Below are positions 14,796-24,680 of a stretch of DNA of 43,206 nucleotides, in pieces. The DNA comes from a virus, in IMG/VR virus record IMGVR_UViG_3300033153_003239, positions 1 through 43,206 of that record. One strand, 5' to 3'. The stretch's first letter is position 1, and every line of letters begins with the position of its first letter. A program made the translations under genes and the position numbers. The notes beneath the pieces are model-generated. The model saw nothing but the letters and a program-made list of their open reading frames with translations, did no database searches and was not told the origin of the DNA.

Positions 14796-17618
14796 ATGCC
14801 TTTAATATCTAATCAGTTTAATGGTTTATACGGCGGTGTAAACCAACAATCAGCAGAACAAAGACTTTCTACTCAAGTAGAGGAGATGGTTAATGCTTAT
14901 CCTACATTAGATAGGGGTTTACTTAAAAGAAACCCAACAGAAAAACTTACATTGAGTCATGCTATAGATTATGATAAAAATATGTGGGTATATGAGTATG
15001 ATAGAGGTTTAGCTGGTGATAGTGAAGAAAAATATTCAATACAAATAACAGATGGTGGTATGAATATAATTAACGTTATTGATGGTCAAATATATAATAA
15101 ATCTAATGGTAAATTAATATTTACAGAAACAGAAGATGAGGACTATTTACAACCATTTATTAATGGTAGAGGTTATAGTGCTGTAACAATTAAAGATACA
15201 ACATTTATAGCTAATAAGAATGTCTTATCTATACTTGACCCTTATATTGCTGGAGATAGTACAGGAACTCCAAGTACAGTTACAGTTAATGAAGATATTA
15301 TATGGTTTAATAAAACTCCAACTAAATCAGCAATAGTAGGCAACCCACTTAATCCAACAACAGTTTATCAAAAAGACTTTGCACCCGGTCACCTTGAAAA
15401 AGTTACTTTTTATGAAAATTTATATTATGTGTTTCTTGGTAGTTCGTCTACAACAATAGTTATAGATGGGGTATATACGGCAATATATGTTAAGCCACAA
15501 GAAAAAATAATAGATGTAATACCTTTACCATCAGACCCACAAGAACAACAGTACGGTATGATTTACGTTGGTAATAACGCCATTACATATAATGAATATA
15601 TAGAGAATGTTAAAAATAAAGTTGTTGAAAGTCTTGACCCATCTGTTTATATTGTTGATATAATTACAGATGCAACAAAAAAGGGAATTAGAATTAAAAA
15701 AGTGGACGGTTCAGCGAGTCTAGTTACTACTACTGCTATAACAATAAACTCTGTTTCTGGAACAAAACTTTGGACAGCTGTAGAGGCTGATTACTATAAC
15801 TTAACAGTTAGCGATTCATATAGTGAAGACATAATCATTCCGCCATCTACATATACACAAGAAGGATACATTTGGATTAAGTCTAGTAATCCTACTTCTG
15901 GGTATACTTATTCATATAGTATACAATCAGATACTACCACTTACTCAAGCAATGTGACCTCAACAACTACAGAAGGAGCTATGTCAGCTATAGTTACTGA
16001 CATTAATACTAATGCTAGTGCTAACTTTATTGCTGACCCTACGGGTGCTAATAAAGGTAGTATTCTTAGAATTAAAACCAATGATGATGCTGATATGATT
16101 AATGTGTATATTGGAGATACATTTGGTAATCAAGCTTCTTTTGGTTGGACTGGGGAAGTTACTTTTAGTACGGACTTACCAAAGAACATGCCCTTTTCTG
16201 GAGCATTGGTTAAAGTTATTGGAACTAATGATAAAGATGAAGACACGTATTGGCTCAAATATACTGATGGTCAATGGAGAGAAGCATTAGGTTACAATAC
16301 TCAACCAAAAATACTTGCTCAATCAATGCCTCATATATTAACTAGAAATGCTGACGATACGTTTACATTTGAAGCATATGACCAATGGGGCGATAAGTTA
16401 GTTGGAGATGACATTTCAAATAAACCGCCCTCATTTACACAAGATGGCAATGTAATTAAAGATATATTCTTCTTTAAAAATAGATTAGGATTTATTACAA
16501 ATAGAACTGTAATATTTAGTGAAGTTGGTGGATATGGTAACTTTTGGAGAACAACAGTTGCAGCGTTATTGGACTCAGATAGAATAGACACAACAGTTGA
16601 TACAACCAAAGCTATACAGTTGGAGTACGCTACCTATCTTGAAGATAGTTTAATGTTATTTTCCGATAAGGCTCAATTCAAACTAGAGGGTGGAAAAGTA
16701 TTATCTCCTAAGTCTATTCAAATTAGTCAAACCTCTGCTTATGAGATAAATAAAAATATTAGACCTATCTTTATGAATGATAAAATATTCTTTTGTGCTA
16801 AACGTGGAGACTATACAGCAGTAATGCAATACTCTGTAACTGGTGATGGTAGAATAAGCGAAGCTGTAGATATTAGTGGTCATATACAATCTTATATACC
16901 ACAAGATGTTACTAGACTTAGTGGTAGTCCAATAAATAATATGTTGTTTCTAACAAGTAACGACTTATCTGACACTATCTTTGTTTACAAATATTTTGAT
17001 AATGGTGGAGAGAGAGTACAATCTGCATGGTTTAAATGGACTTATAATGGTCAGATATATAGTTCATTCAGCCTAGGTAAGAATCTTAATATATTAATTA
17101 ATCGTTTAAACCCTGTAGCTGTTACTAACTGGATTGTTGGTACTGGTTTATGGGACATGTCTAAAGTTTGGGATAACTCACAAGTATGGGTTATGAGTCC
17201 AGATAGTTTAACGGCTCAAGACCAATTTGAAGTATCTCCTATATTTCCACAAGATTATAGAGGACAGTTTTTAGATGACTTTACAACTGCTGATAATGAG
17301 ACTATAATACCAACAGTAGTTAAAATTGGCGAATGGGTTGCATCTAGCGGTGGAACTAAAGACATTAGAGGTCATTTAAAATTTAAAACAGCTCAAATAT
17401 CAAGTGAAGAAGGAAGTGACTTTAGTTTAATGGTTGAAGATATTGCAAGAGGAACAATAAGAGAAATTAAATCTAAGTACACGGTTAATAGAAAACCAAT
17501 GATATACGGAGATGCTAAAAATATTAGGATTAGTGTTACAAATGCTAATGCTACAGGATTTAGAATAAATACAGTTAGTTACGAAGGCGCATTAACTAAA
17601 CGAGACTCAAGGAGATAA
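14796..17618 (+). CDS. Tail nozzle / tail tubular protein B (T7 gp12-like)
   Basis: 940 aa. Assigned by synteny. Confidence 0.7.
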   Translation: MPLISNQFNGLYGGVNQQSAEQRLSTQVEEMVNAYPTLDRGLLKRNPTEKLTLSHAIDYDKNMWVYEYDRGLAGDSEEKYSIQITDGGMNIINVIDGQIYNKSNGKLIFTETEDEDYLQPFINGRGYSAVTIKDTTFIANKNVLSILDPYIAGDSTGTPSTVTVNEDIIWFNKTPTKSAIVGNPLNPTTVYQKDFAPGHLEKVTFYENLYYVFLGSSSTTIVIDGVYTAIYVKPQEKIIDVIPLPSDPQEQQYGMIYVGNNAITYNEYIENVKNKVVESLDPSVYIVDIITDATKKGIRIKKVDGSASLVTTTAITINSVSGTKLWTAVEADYYNLTVSDSYSEDIIIPPSTYTQEGYIWIKSSNPTSGYTYSYSIQSDTTTYSSNVTSTTTEGAMSAIVTDINTNASANFIADPTGANKGSILRIKTNDDADMINVYIGDTFGNQASFGWTGEVTFSTDLPKNMPFSGALVKVIGTNDKDEDTYWLKYTDGQWREALGYNTQPKILAQSMPHILTRNADDTFTFEAYDQWGDKLVGDDISNKPPSFTQDGNVIKDIFFFKNRLGFITNRTVIFSEVGGYGNFWRTTVAALLDSDRIDTTVDTTKAIQLEYATYLEDSLMLFSDKAQFKLEGGKVLSPKSIQISQTSAYEINKNIRPIFMNDKIFFCAKRGDYTAVMQYSVTGDGRISEAVDISGHIQSYIPQDVTRLSGSPINNMLFLTSNDLSDTIFVYKYFDNGGERVQSAWFKWTYNGQIYSSFSLGKNLNILINRLNPVAVTNWIVGTGLWDMSKVWDNSQVWVMSPDSLTAQDQFEVSPIFPQDYRGQFLDDFTTADNETIIPTVVKIGEWVASSGGTKDIRGHLKFKTAQISSEEGSDFSLMVEDIARGTIREIKSKYTVNRKPMIYGDAKNIRISVTNANATGFRINTVSYEGALTKRDSRR

Positions 17619-17620
17619 CA

Positions 17621-19006
17621 ATGGCAATACAATCAACATTTTATACAGGAACAGCTTTAGAGACTAGGACTTTTCCATCAACTAAACATATAGCTACTAA
17701 ACAACATATGGCTGTATGGAGACAAGAAGTAGCTGACCCTCAAGATTGGGTACAGATGGATATTGGAGAGTATCAACTAATAACCAATGCTTGTGTATTA
17801 AACACATTATTAAGTACAACATTATATAGTGACTTAGAGGTTCGTGTTGCTGATGCTCCAGATGAACTGGTAAGTTCTCCTAGTGATATAACTATTGTTG
17901 CTGGGATAGAAGCGGAAGTGGTTACTGTAGCGGGCATAGCTGATGAAGTTATAATTGTTGCTAATAATGATGCTAACGTAACTTTAGTTGGTGACGATTT
18001 AGCGTTAGGTGCTGGTACTAACCAGCCTGAAGATAGTGCCATACTTAATGCTTTAACAAATGCTACAGATAGTGCTACAAGTGCTGGAGAGTCTAGCGAT
18101 AGTGCTGATGCCGCTTCTACTTCAGAAACTAATGCGGAGTTATTTGAATGGGAAGCTGAAGCTGAAAGACTTACAGCAGATAGCTATGCTACTGAAGCTG
18201 AAGATACTAAAGTTAATATAGTTACTTCTGATGGAGATGGTACATTTACCTATACACCTCAAACAGGTATTTATAGTGCGTTACATTGGGCTGCTAAATC
18301 TGCTACTTTTAATCCAGCTTTATATGCTCTACTTACAGGTGCTACATTTACTGGTAATCTTTTAGGTATTACGCCAACACTAGCAGCTCACTTAACTCGT
18401 AAAGATTATGTGGACGATGGAGTAGCAAATAGAAGAAAACTTTATGCTAAAGAACCTGCTACTATTACCCCTGATGCTGATGCAGATTATACATTAACAG
18501 CGGATGAAAACCTATATGGTAGATTAACTTTAGCTGATGGAAGTTGGACTGCTACACATAACATTATAGTTGACACAAGCATTAGAGAAATTGTAGTTGA
18601 TAATACAAATGGTACTTATGATGCGACTGTTAAGACAAGTGCAGGAACAGGTGTGATTGTATTAGCAGGTCATACATCTAAATTATATTGTGATGGTACT
18701 AATGTAGTTAAGAACTCTTTTGGTATTGGAGAGGGTGGTCAGACTTCGCAAATCTTGACAGGTAGTAGAAACAGTGGTTCTACATACACAAATTCAACAG
18801 GTAAGCCAATATATGTGTCAGTGTACAATACCGCAGGAACTATTCCAGAGATTTCTTTTTATTTAGATGGAGATATAGTGGAGTCTAATTTAATAAGAAA
18901 CAGTGAAACCTCAGGTTATGGAAGTGTATCTAGTATTGTGCCAAATGGAAGTGAATATAAAGTTAATTCTAATACAGCTATTGCAAGATGGACAGAATTA
19001 AGATAA
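17621..19006 (+). CDS. Tail fibre / spike protein
   Basis: 461 aa. Has an Ala/Ser/Glu-rich fibre-like stretch (SATSAGESSDSADAASTSETNAE...) and is followed by a fibre-assembly-type gene. Confidence 0.7.
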   Translation: MAIQSTFYTGTALETRTFPSTKHIATKQHMAVWRQEVADPQDWVQMDIGEYQLITNACVLNTLLSTTLYSDLEVRVADAPDELVSSPSDITIVAGIEAEVVTVAGIADEVIIVANNDANVTLVGDDLALGAGTNQPEDSAILNALTNATDSATSAGESSDSADAASTSETNAELFEWEAEAERLTADSYATEAEDTKVNIVTSDGDGTFTYTPQTGIYSALHWAAKSATFNPALYALLTGATFTGNLLGITPTLAAHLTRKDYVDDGVANRRKLYAKEPATITPDADADYTLTADENLYGRLTLADGSWTATHNIIVDTSIREIVVDNTNGTYDATVKTSAGTGVIVLAGHTSKLYCDGTNVVKNSFGIGEGGQTSQILTGSRNSGSTYTNSTGKPIYVSVYNTAGTIPEISFYLDGDIVESNLIRNSETSGYGSVSSIVPNGSEYKVNSNTAIARWTELR

Positions 19007-19016
19007 GGAAAATAAT

Positions 19017-19301
19017 ATGAAAAGTTATAAAAATAAAAACAATGAAATATATGCTTTTGAGTTAGATGGAAGTCAAGACCATTTAATAACTGCTGATATG
19101 GTAGCTATTACAGATGAGGAAGTTTATGCAATAAATAATCCACCTTTGACAGAAGAACAAAAGCAAAATATTATTAACAATGAAGCTAGAAGTTATTTAG
19201 CTTCAACTGATTGGTATGTTATCAGGCTACAAGAGTCAGGCGAAGCTATACCTGCTGGTGTATCAACTGCTAGAGCAGAAGCTAGGTTAAAGGTGATATA
19301 G
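19017..19301 (+). CDS. Tail fibre assembly / chaperone-like protein
   Basis: 94 aa. The C-terminal ...ASTDWYVIRLQESGEAIPAGV..ARAEAR motif is typical of fibre assembly proteins. Confidence 0.55.
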   Translation: MKSYKNKNNEIYAFELDGSQDHLITADMVAITDEEVYAINNPPLTEEQKQNIINNEARSYLASTDWYVIRLQESGEAIPAGVSTARAEARLKVI

Positions 19302-19505
19302 ATGAAAGATAATATTAAACTCGGTGCTAGATATGTAGTGTTAGTGTTTTTTATGTATCTAGCATGGTATACTACAAGTCCAACTTACTTAGAGAGCATC
19401 AAAGATATGCCTCAGTTTGTATTAATGACAATCAATGCTTCTGTATTTGGTGCCTTAACGCTTGTCGTTAAGAGTCATTTTTCAACTAAGATAGGAGAAG
19501 ACTAA
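19302..19505 (+). CDS. Holin candidate (67 aa, two hydrophobic helices)
   Basis: Hydrophobic segments YVVLVFFMYLAWY and FVLMTINASVFGALTLVV. Lies directly upstream of the spanin pair. Confidence 0.5.
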   Translation: MKDNIKLGARYVVLVFFMYLAWYTTSPTYLESIKDMPQFVLMTINASVFGALTLVVKSHFSTKIGED

Positions 19506-19506
19506 T

Positions 19507-19767
19507 ATGGATTTTTTAAAAAACAATAATCTTACACCTATTATTGTGATGGCTATCATATCTGTAGTATTAGGTTATTTTTATATACATGATAATATTG
19601 AACATAAGATGGAGATGGCTCAAAAACAAGCTGAGATAGATTTAGCCAATAAAAATCAAGGTGACATACAAGCGTACAATGAGATTAGATTTAATGCACT
19701 TGAAAAAGTCGATAATACAAAATGGAAGGCTGGTAAACATGAAGTTACTTTATTTCTCAATCAGTAG
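19507..19767 (+). CDS. i-spanin candidate (N-terminal TM helix plus coiled coil)
   Basis: TM helix LTPIIVMAIISVVLGYFYI followed by a charged helical region. Overlaps the following lipoprotein ORF. Confidence 0.55.
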   Translation: MDFLKNNNLTPIIVMAIISVVLGYFYIHDNIEHKMEMAQKQAEIDLANKNQGDIQAYNEIRFNALEKVDNTKWKAGKHEVTLFLNQ

Positions 19768-19987
19768 TATCTTATTGCTAGGAGGTTGTACAGCAACTCC
19801 AACACAACTTCCAACTTTTAAAAAAATAAAGAATCCAACCTTTTTAATAGAAGATAAGAAAATTGATGGTAAGGAAGTTCATGTTGTTGAGAAACAAGAA
19901 TGGAAACATGTTCAAAAGGTAATTATCCATGCAGGGACTACAGCAAATAAATGTATAACAGTGCTTGATAATTTCAATAATAGATAA
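19739..19987 (+). CDS. o-spanin candidate (lipoprotein, 82 aa)
   Basis: Signal peptide plus lipobox MKLLYFSISSILLLGGC. The start is embedded in the 3' end of the i-spanin ORF (29-nt overlap). Confidence 0.6.
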   Translation: MKLLYFSISSILLLGGCTATPTQLPTFKKIKNPTFLIEDKKIDGKEVHVVEKQEWKHVQKVIIHAGTTANKCITVLDNFNNR

Positions 19988-19988
19988 G

Positions 19989-19999
19989 TATGGTATAAT
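19989..19999 (+). promoter_or_regulatory. Extended -10 promoter candidate TATGGTATAAT
   Basis: Identical 11-mer to 7309-7319, located 27 nt upstream of the ATG at 20026. Confidence 0.5.
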
Positions 20000-20025
20000 A
20001 CTGAAACAATAAAAAGGGAACTAGA

Positions 20026-20373
20026 ATGTCTGGAGAGAGAAGAAGTCCATCCCAAGAAACAATAGATAATACTGTAGCGATTGCTACGTTAGTGTCTGTA
20101 TCTCAAAGAACAACAACAGATGTAGACAAGCTTGTAAAACATATTGAACGGTTTTTACCCGTGCATGAAAAACTAGCCAACTTAAAAAAAATACTTTATG
20201 GTGGTTTAACGCTTGGCTTGGCTTTTGTTTTATGGATGACTACAGAGCACTATGCATTATCTTCTCGTGTAAATGCTGACATTGCTGTTAAAGAAGAAAG
20301 ATATGGGGATGTCATGGAGAAAATAAATAAAAATAAAAATCAAATAACTTATCTAAAAGGTAGGATTAAATAA
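20026..20373 (+). CDS. Membrane protein (115 aa, one TM helix), a possible second holin or lysis regulator
   Basis: TM helix LYGGLTLGLAFVLWMTT. ATGA-type coupling to the endolysin gene. Confidence 0.5.
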   Translation: MSGERRSPSQETIDNTVAIATLVSVSQRTTTDVDKLVKHIERFLPVHEKLANLKKILYGGLTLGLAFVLWMTTEHYALSSRVNADIAVKEERYGDVMEKINKNKNQITYLKGRIK

Positions 20374-20738
20374 TGAAAATTAGTGAACACTTTAACAGAG
20401 AAGAATTTGCATGTTCTTGTGGATGCCAATTCAAAGCTGTAGATAAACAACTATTAGATATATTAGAAGACCTTAGAGGTTTCTTTAAACAACCAATAAA
20501 TATTAATTCTGCATGTAGATGCGAAGCACATAATGAAGCGATTGGTGGTTCAAAGAACTCTCAGCATATCAAAGGTATGGCTTGTGACGTAGTTGTTAAG
20601 ACTATACCATCATATGAAGTATATAACTATCTAAATAGTTCTTATCGTTCTCAATTAGGATTAGGACAGTATGATAACTTTACACATTTAGATGTACGAA
20701 CAACGAAGACTCGTTGGGATAAAAGAAATAAAGGATAA
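20373..20738 (+). CDS. Endolysin, zinc peptidase M15 family (D-Ala-D-Ala carboxypeptidase / L-Ala-D-Glu peptidase fold)
   Basis: Motifs SQHIKGMACDV and HLDVR, with the CRCEAHN region. 121 aa. Confidence 0.88.
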   Translation: MKISEHFNREEFACSCGCQFKAVDKQLLDILEDLRGFFKQPININSACRCEAHNEAIGGSKNSQHIKGMACDVVVKTIPSYEVYNYLNSSYRSQLGLGQYDNFTHLDVRTTKTRWDKRNKG

Positions 20739-20741
20739 GAC

Positions 20742-21830
20742 ATGGCACTAAGTAAAACATTATGGCAAACGTTAGTAGATTTAGTATCGACAGGACAAGA
20801 TGCGTCTGATATGTTTGATACAGCATTTTCTAATATAGATGGTGCTATTGACCAAATTGATACAAATGTTACAGATATTATAGCATTAAAAAATCCAGCT
20901 AAAATACCTTTTGACCCACAAGAAACTCCACCTGAACATCTTGAAGGTCAAATGTATTATGACCCAGTTAAAGGAACAATGAGAATACAAGGACCTGTTG
21001 CTGGAATTACTGTTGCAGTCGGTCACGGTATGCACATACACGTTGAAAATAATTCTGGTGCTTTGATTGAAAAAGGAATGGCAGTAAGACAAGATAGTGT
21101 AGTAGCTGGTAAAATTCAAATAGTAAAAGCTCAAGCGGATACATTTCTACATGCTAGAATGTTTGGAATTGCGCAAGCCGATATTGCAGATGAAAAAGAA
21201 GGAGCAGTTGCCACATTTGGAGAAATTACTGATTTGGACACATCGGGTCTTCCAGCAGGTGTTCCATTATATCTAAGCGATACTGTAGCTGGAACATATA
21301 CATCAACAGCACCCGATATTATTTCGAGAGTTGGTGGAGTAACTGTTTCAGATGAGTCAGGAACATTATTTGTAAGTATTGTAAATAATAAAAATACTCC
21401 AACAGTGTTTGGAGGAATGAAAGGTCAATCTGGAACAGGGGTTTATTCTCTTACAACAACAGCACAAGACATTACTGACTATGATACATCTGATACAGTG
21501 GTAATGGCAGTCGATAAACCTAATGGTACAATAACTTTATCTAATGACGGCAAGCATCGTATACATTTTACCAGTGCGATATCTTTCGCTTCTTCCTCAC
21601 AAACTAGAAGTATTACAATAGAGTTGTATGACGTAACGGGTGCGGAAATCCATTTCCCTTATATAAAAAATATTCCAAAAGATGCAACAGAAGATTCATT
21701 GAGTTTTGATTTTCCTATAGATGAGGTTACTGGCACAGTCCATAAAATAAGAATAAAAGCAAGTACTAATATGGATATAACTTTTGAATCAATTGTTTTT
21801 GATATTCAATCAATAAGTATCACAGCATAA
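20742..21830 (+). CDS. Second tail fibre / receptor-binding protein candidate
   Basis: 362 aa, beta-rich. Lies within the virion module. Confidence 0.45.
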   Translation: MALSKTLWQTLVDLVSTGQDASDMFDTAFSNIDGAIDQIDTNVTDIIALKNPAKIPFDPQETPPEHLEGQMYYDPVKGTMRIQGPVAGITVAVGHGMHIHVENNSGALIEKGMAVRQDSVVAGKIQIVKAQADTFLHARMFGIAQADIADEKEGAVATFGEITDLDTSGLPAGVPLYLSDTVAGTYTSTAPDIISRVGGVTVSDESGTLFVSIVNNKNTPTVFGGMKGQSGTGVYSLTTTAQDITDYDTSDTVVMAVDKPNGTITLSNDGKHRIHFTSAISFASSSQTRSITIELYDVTGAEIHFPYIKNIPKDATEDSLSFDFPIDEVTGTVHKIRIKASTNMDITFESIVFDIQSISITA

Positions 21831-21840
21831 GGATATAACT

Positions 21841-22500
21841 ATGGCTAATAGCAACTATATACCAGCGGCAGCTACCATAGCTGCATTATCATCAATAAGT
21901 TCCGGTTTTGCACAGACATCTTCTTTTGAAGCGCAGTTGAAGGCTGATACTGAAGCAGCAATACAAAATGCTGGTAATCTTGTTACTAGCTATGAATTAC
22001 AACAAACTAAAAATAAAGAACAAATAGAAAATATCAACAGTGTGCTTGGTGATAAGCTCTCTGAGAGAGGTCTTAAAGCAATGAAGGAAGCTTCATTGTT
22101 AAAAACTGCTGCTGCTGAAACAGGTACTACTGGTGGTTCTACAAATGAGGCTATTAGAGAAGCTTTCATAAATGAAAATATGGACAAAGCTAATATAATA
22201 AGTCAAGCTAAACAACAAACTAGAAACATACTGATAGGTATGGAGACTACTGACTTAAGTGTTAGAAATCAAATAGACTCTATTCTTCTTGGTGGAGCTA
22301 TTCAGATTGAAACAGACCCACTTTTAGCTGGAATATCTGGTGGACTATCAGTATTTACCGATATGTTAAACATGCTTCCACAATCTGAAAGAACAAAAAT
22401 ATTTGGAGTAAGTCCGACAACTCCAAGCCCTACAGTTAGCCCTGTAGATTATTCAATCAATACGTTTGGACCGTATGATGAATTTAATTATGGATTTTAA
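21841..22500 (+). CDS. Internal virion (core) protein, T7 gp14 position
   Basis: 219 aa. First of three consecutive ORFs of increasing size (219/718/1249 aa) before the terminase genes, as in T7 gp14-16. Confidence 0.5.
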   Translation: MANSNYIPAAATIAALSSISSGFAQTSSFEAQLKADTEAAIQNAGNLVTSYELQQTKNKEQIENINSVLGDKLSERGLKAMKEASLLKTAAAETGTTGGSTNEAIREAFINENMDKANIISQAKQQTRNILIGMETTDLSVRNQIDSILLGGAIQIETDPLLAGISGGLSVFTDMLNMLPQSERTKIFGVSPTTPSPTVSPVDYSINTFGPYDEFNYGF

Positions 22501-22517
22501 TATTAAAAGGATAACAT

Positions 22518-24674
22518 ATGCCAACTCTTAGCGATTTAGCAAAAACACAACAAACTACACAAGTTGGTTCGGCTCAAAGTGGTGGAGTTGGTTCAGCTGG
22601 TGGTACAAATATACAAGCAACTAAAATCATAGATAGGTCTGAAGGGCTTATTAAAGATATTGGTAAGATGCTTGGAACAACTGTTACAGCTGTGGCTGAT
22701 GCTTCAGAGTATGCTGGTAAAAGAGTTGGTATAGACAACTTATCTGAATATAAAAAAAGTATGGATATTATCGATGCTACATACAAAGGTAAAGCTAATT
22801 TAACTTCAGCTGACATGGTTGAAAAAAGTAGATTAGAACAGGGTGCATATGAACTGCATATGCAAAAAGGTTCGTTTGGTGACAACTCTTTAGCTAATCA
22901 AGCGTTTAAAGATACGTATGCTGTTCCGGCTACCAACAATCTTTTTAAAAATAAAGCTGCTAATGAAGCGAAAAGAAGCGCGTTATTTGGAATAGAAGAG
23001 GATAGAGCTGTTCAAGATGAGATAGAAGCTATTGGTAAAGATTTTGATACTGCTACACATTATGATGCGTTTAGAACTAGAATGTCTAATGCAAATAATA
23101 ATCCAGATAAAGTTGATAACTATGTTGCTAAAGCTTTCAATGCTGATGTGAATAAATTACATGATATTAATAGAGAGCTATTAATATATAATGCTGATGG
23201 TACGGTTAACAACCAGTTGCAAATGGAAGTGTTCAATAATCTAAATGGTAAAGTTGTTGAGATAGATGAAAACGGTACTGTAACTATGACTAAGCTTAAC
23301 GATGCGGGTACAATGGCTATAGTTAAGAACTGGAAACAATTGGTATCCGCTAAAAAGTCTACAAGTGGTAAAATTGATTTAAAATTTAATAGTGTTACTG
23401 GTAACGTTGGTGAGGGTGTTAATGTTATTGGAGCTAAGTTGCAAGGTGTTAATGAACAAATGGGTCGCCTAGTTGACTCTCAAACAAACGGGTTAGGTAA
23501 AGTTAGTCCTTCAACTTGGAACACAGCTTTTAAAAAGAGAGCTGAACTTACAAGCATGGGTCAACAGGCTCAAAGTTTGAATGGCGCTATAACCAATATC
23601 TTTAAAGGTGATGTTGGTTCATTTATATTATTTGATAAAGATACGATAGTTGAATATGAGCATCAAAATGTTACCACTGGTGGACTAGATAAAAGCACAT
23701 ATACAATGTCAAAGGACCAAAAAAATAAAAGGTTAAATGATGCTATTAGAAATAGAGAGAATAACCTAGATAATCCAACTATTCCAATAAATGATAAAAT
23801 TGCTAATGTTACTGAACTTATCAATGCTGAGAATATAACCGGTGTTAAATCAGATGTGTTAACTCGTAAGGTTACTAATTTAACAGATGGGTTAATTCAA
23901 GGTAAAAGTGTGAACGATAAGTATTCTAACTTTGCTGTAGCGCAAACTAAGATAAGTAATCGTTCAGTACCTTATGTAGGATGGGCTAATAAGAAGACAT
24001 TGGACGCTATTGGTGTTGAATACTTAGAGGCTGTTAATGAATTATCTAACGAGAATTTATCTTCATCTGAAAAAACTAAACTTGAAAACGATTGGATGGT
24101 TAGACTTGACAGTATAATGCAAGTGCATAAGAATAATTATGAAACAAACAAGTTTACATCTGGAGAAAGTAAGATAGTACATAATGCTTTTGTAGATGCT
24201 CAAGAGGCTAAGTTGTTTGAGTGGAGTTGGGGTGATGGTAAAATGAGTACAGCTACTATGAAAGCTGTAACTGATGGAGCTATATATACTGCTGCTGGGT
24301 CGATTACTAATGACAATGTTGGAGATGTTGTTAGTAAGTATCAAAGCAATAATATGATAAAATTAAGTAACGAGTGGTTTGGTAAAGATGGTCAAGTGAT
24401 AGTTAAACCTCAAGGTTATACAAATCAAAGTACCGGAGCGATGCTTGATAGAATTGAAAAGGATATATCAGATGGACTTAAAGGTACTGAGTACGCGGAT
24501 ATAAATCTTGAAGATGGTACACAGGCTCAACTTAATTCTAATATAAATAGTGAAGGTGTTATATCAACAGTTGTTATACTTAGACATAACGTTACTGGCG
24601 AAATACTGTATACTAGAGAGTATCATGGTGGAGAACTTGTAAAAGGTCTAACTGTAGAAGAAAAGAAACAATAA
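22518..24674 (+). CDS. Internal virion (core) protein, T7 gp15 position
   Basis: 718 aa. Assigned by synteny. Confidence 0.55.
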   Translation: MPTLSDLAKTQQTTQVGSAQSGGVGSAGGTNIQATKIIDRSEGLIKDIGKMLGTTVTAVADASEYAGKRVGIDNLSEYKKSMDIIDATYKGKANLTSADMVEKSRLEQGAYELHMQKGSFGDNSLANQAFKDTYAVPATNNLFKNKAANEAKRSALFGIEEDRAVQDEIEAIGKDFDTATHYDAFRTRMSNANNNPDKVDNYVAKAFNADVNKLHDINRELLIYNADGTVNNQLQMEVFNNLNGKVVEIDENGTVTMTKLNDAGTMAIVKNWKQLVSAKKSTSGKIDLKFNSVTGNVGEGVNVIGAKLQGVNEQMGRLVDSQTNGLGKVSPSTWNTAFKKRAELTSMGQQAQSLNGAITNIFKGDVGSFILFDKDTIVEYEHQNVTTGGLDKSTYTMSKDQKNKRLNDAIRNRENNLDNPTIPINDKIANVTELINAENITGVKSDVLTRKVTNLTDGLIQGKSVNDKYSNFAVAQTKISNRSVPYVGWANKKTLDAIGVEYLEAVNELSNENLSSSEKTKLENDWMVRLDSIMQVHKNNYETNKFTSGESKIVHNAFVDAQEAKLFEWSWGDGKMSTATMKAVTDGAIYTAAGSITNDNVGDVVSKYQSNNMIKLSNEWFGKDGQVIVKPQGYTNQSTGAMLDRIEKDISDGLKGTEYADINLEDGTQAQLNSNINSEGVISTVVILRHNVTGEILYTREYHGGELVKGLTVEEKKQ

Positions 24675-24680
24675 GGATAA

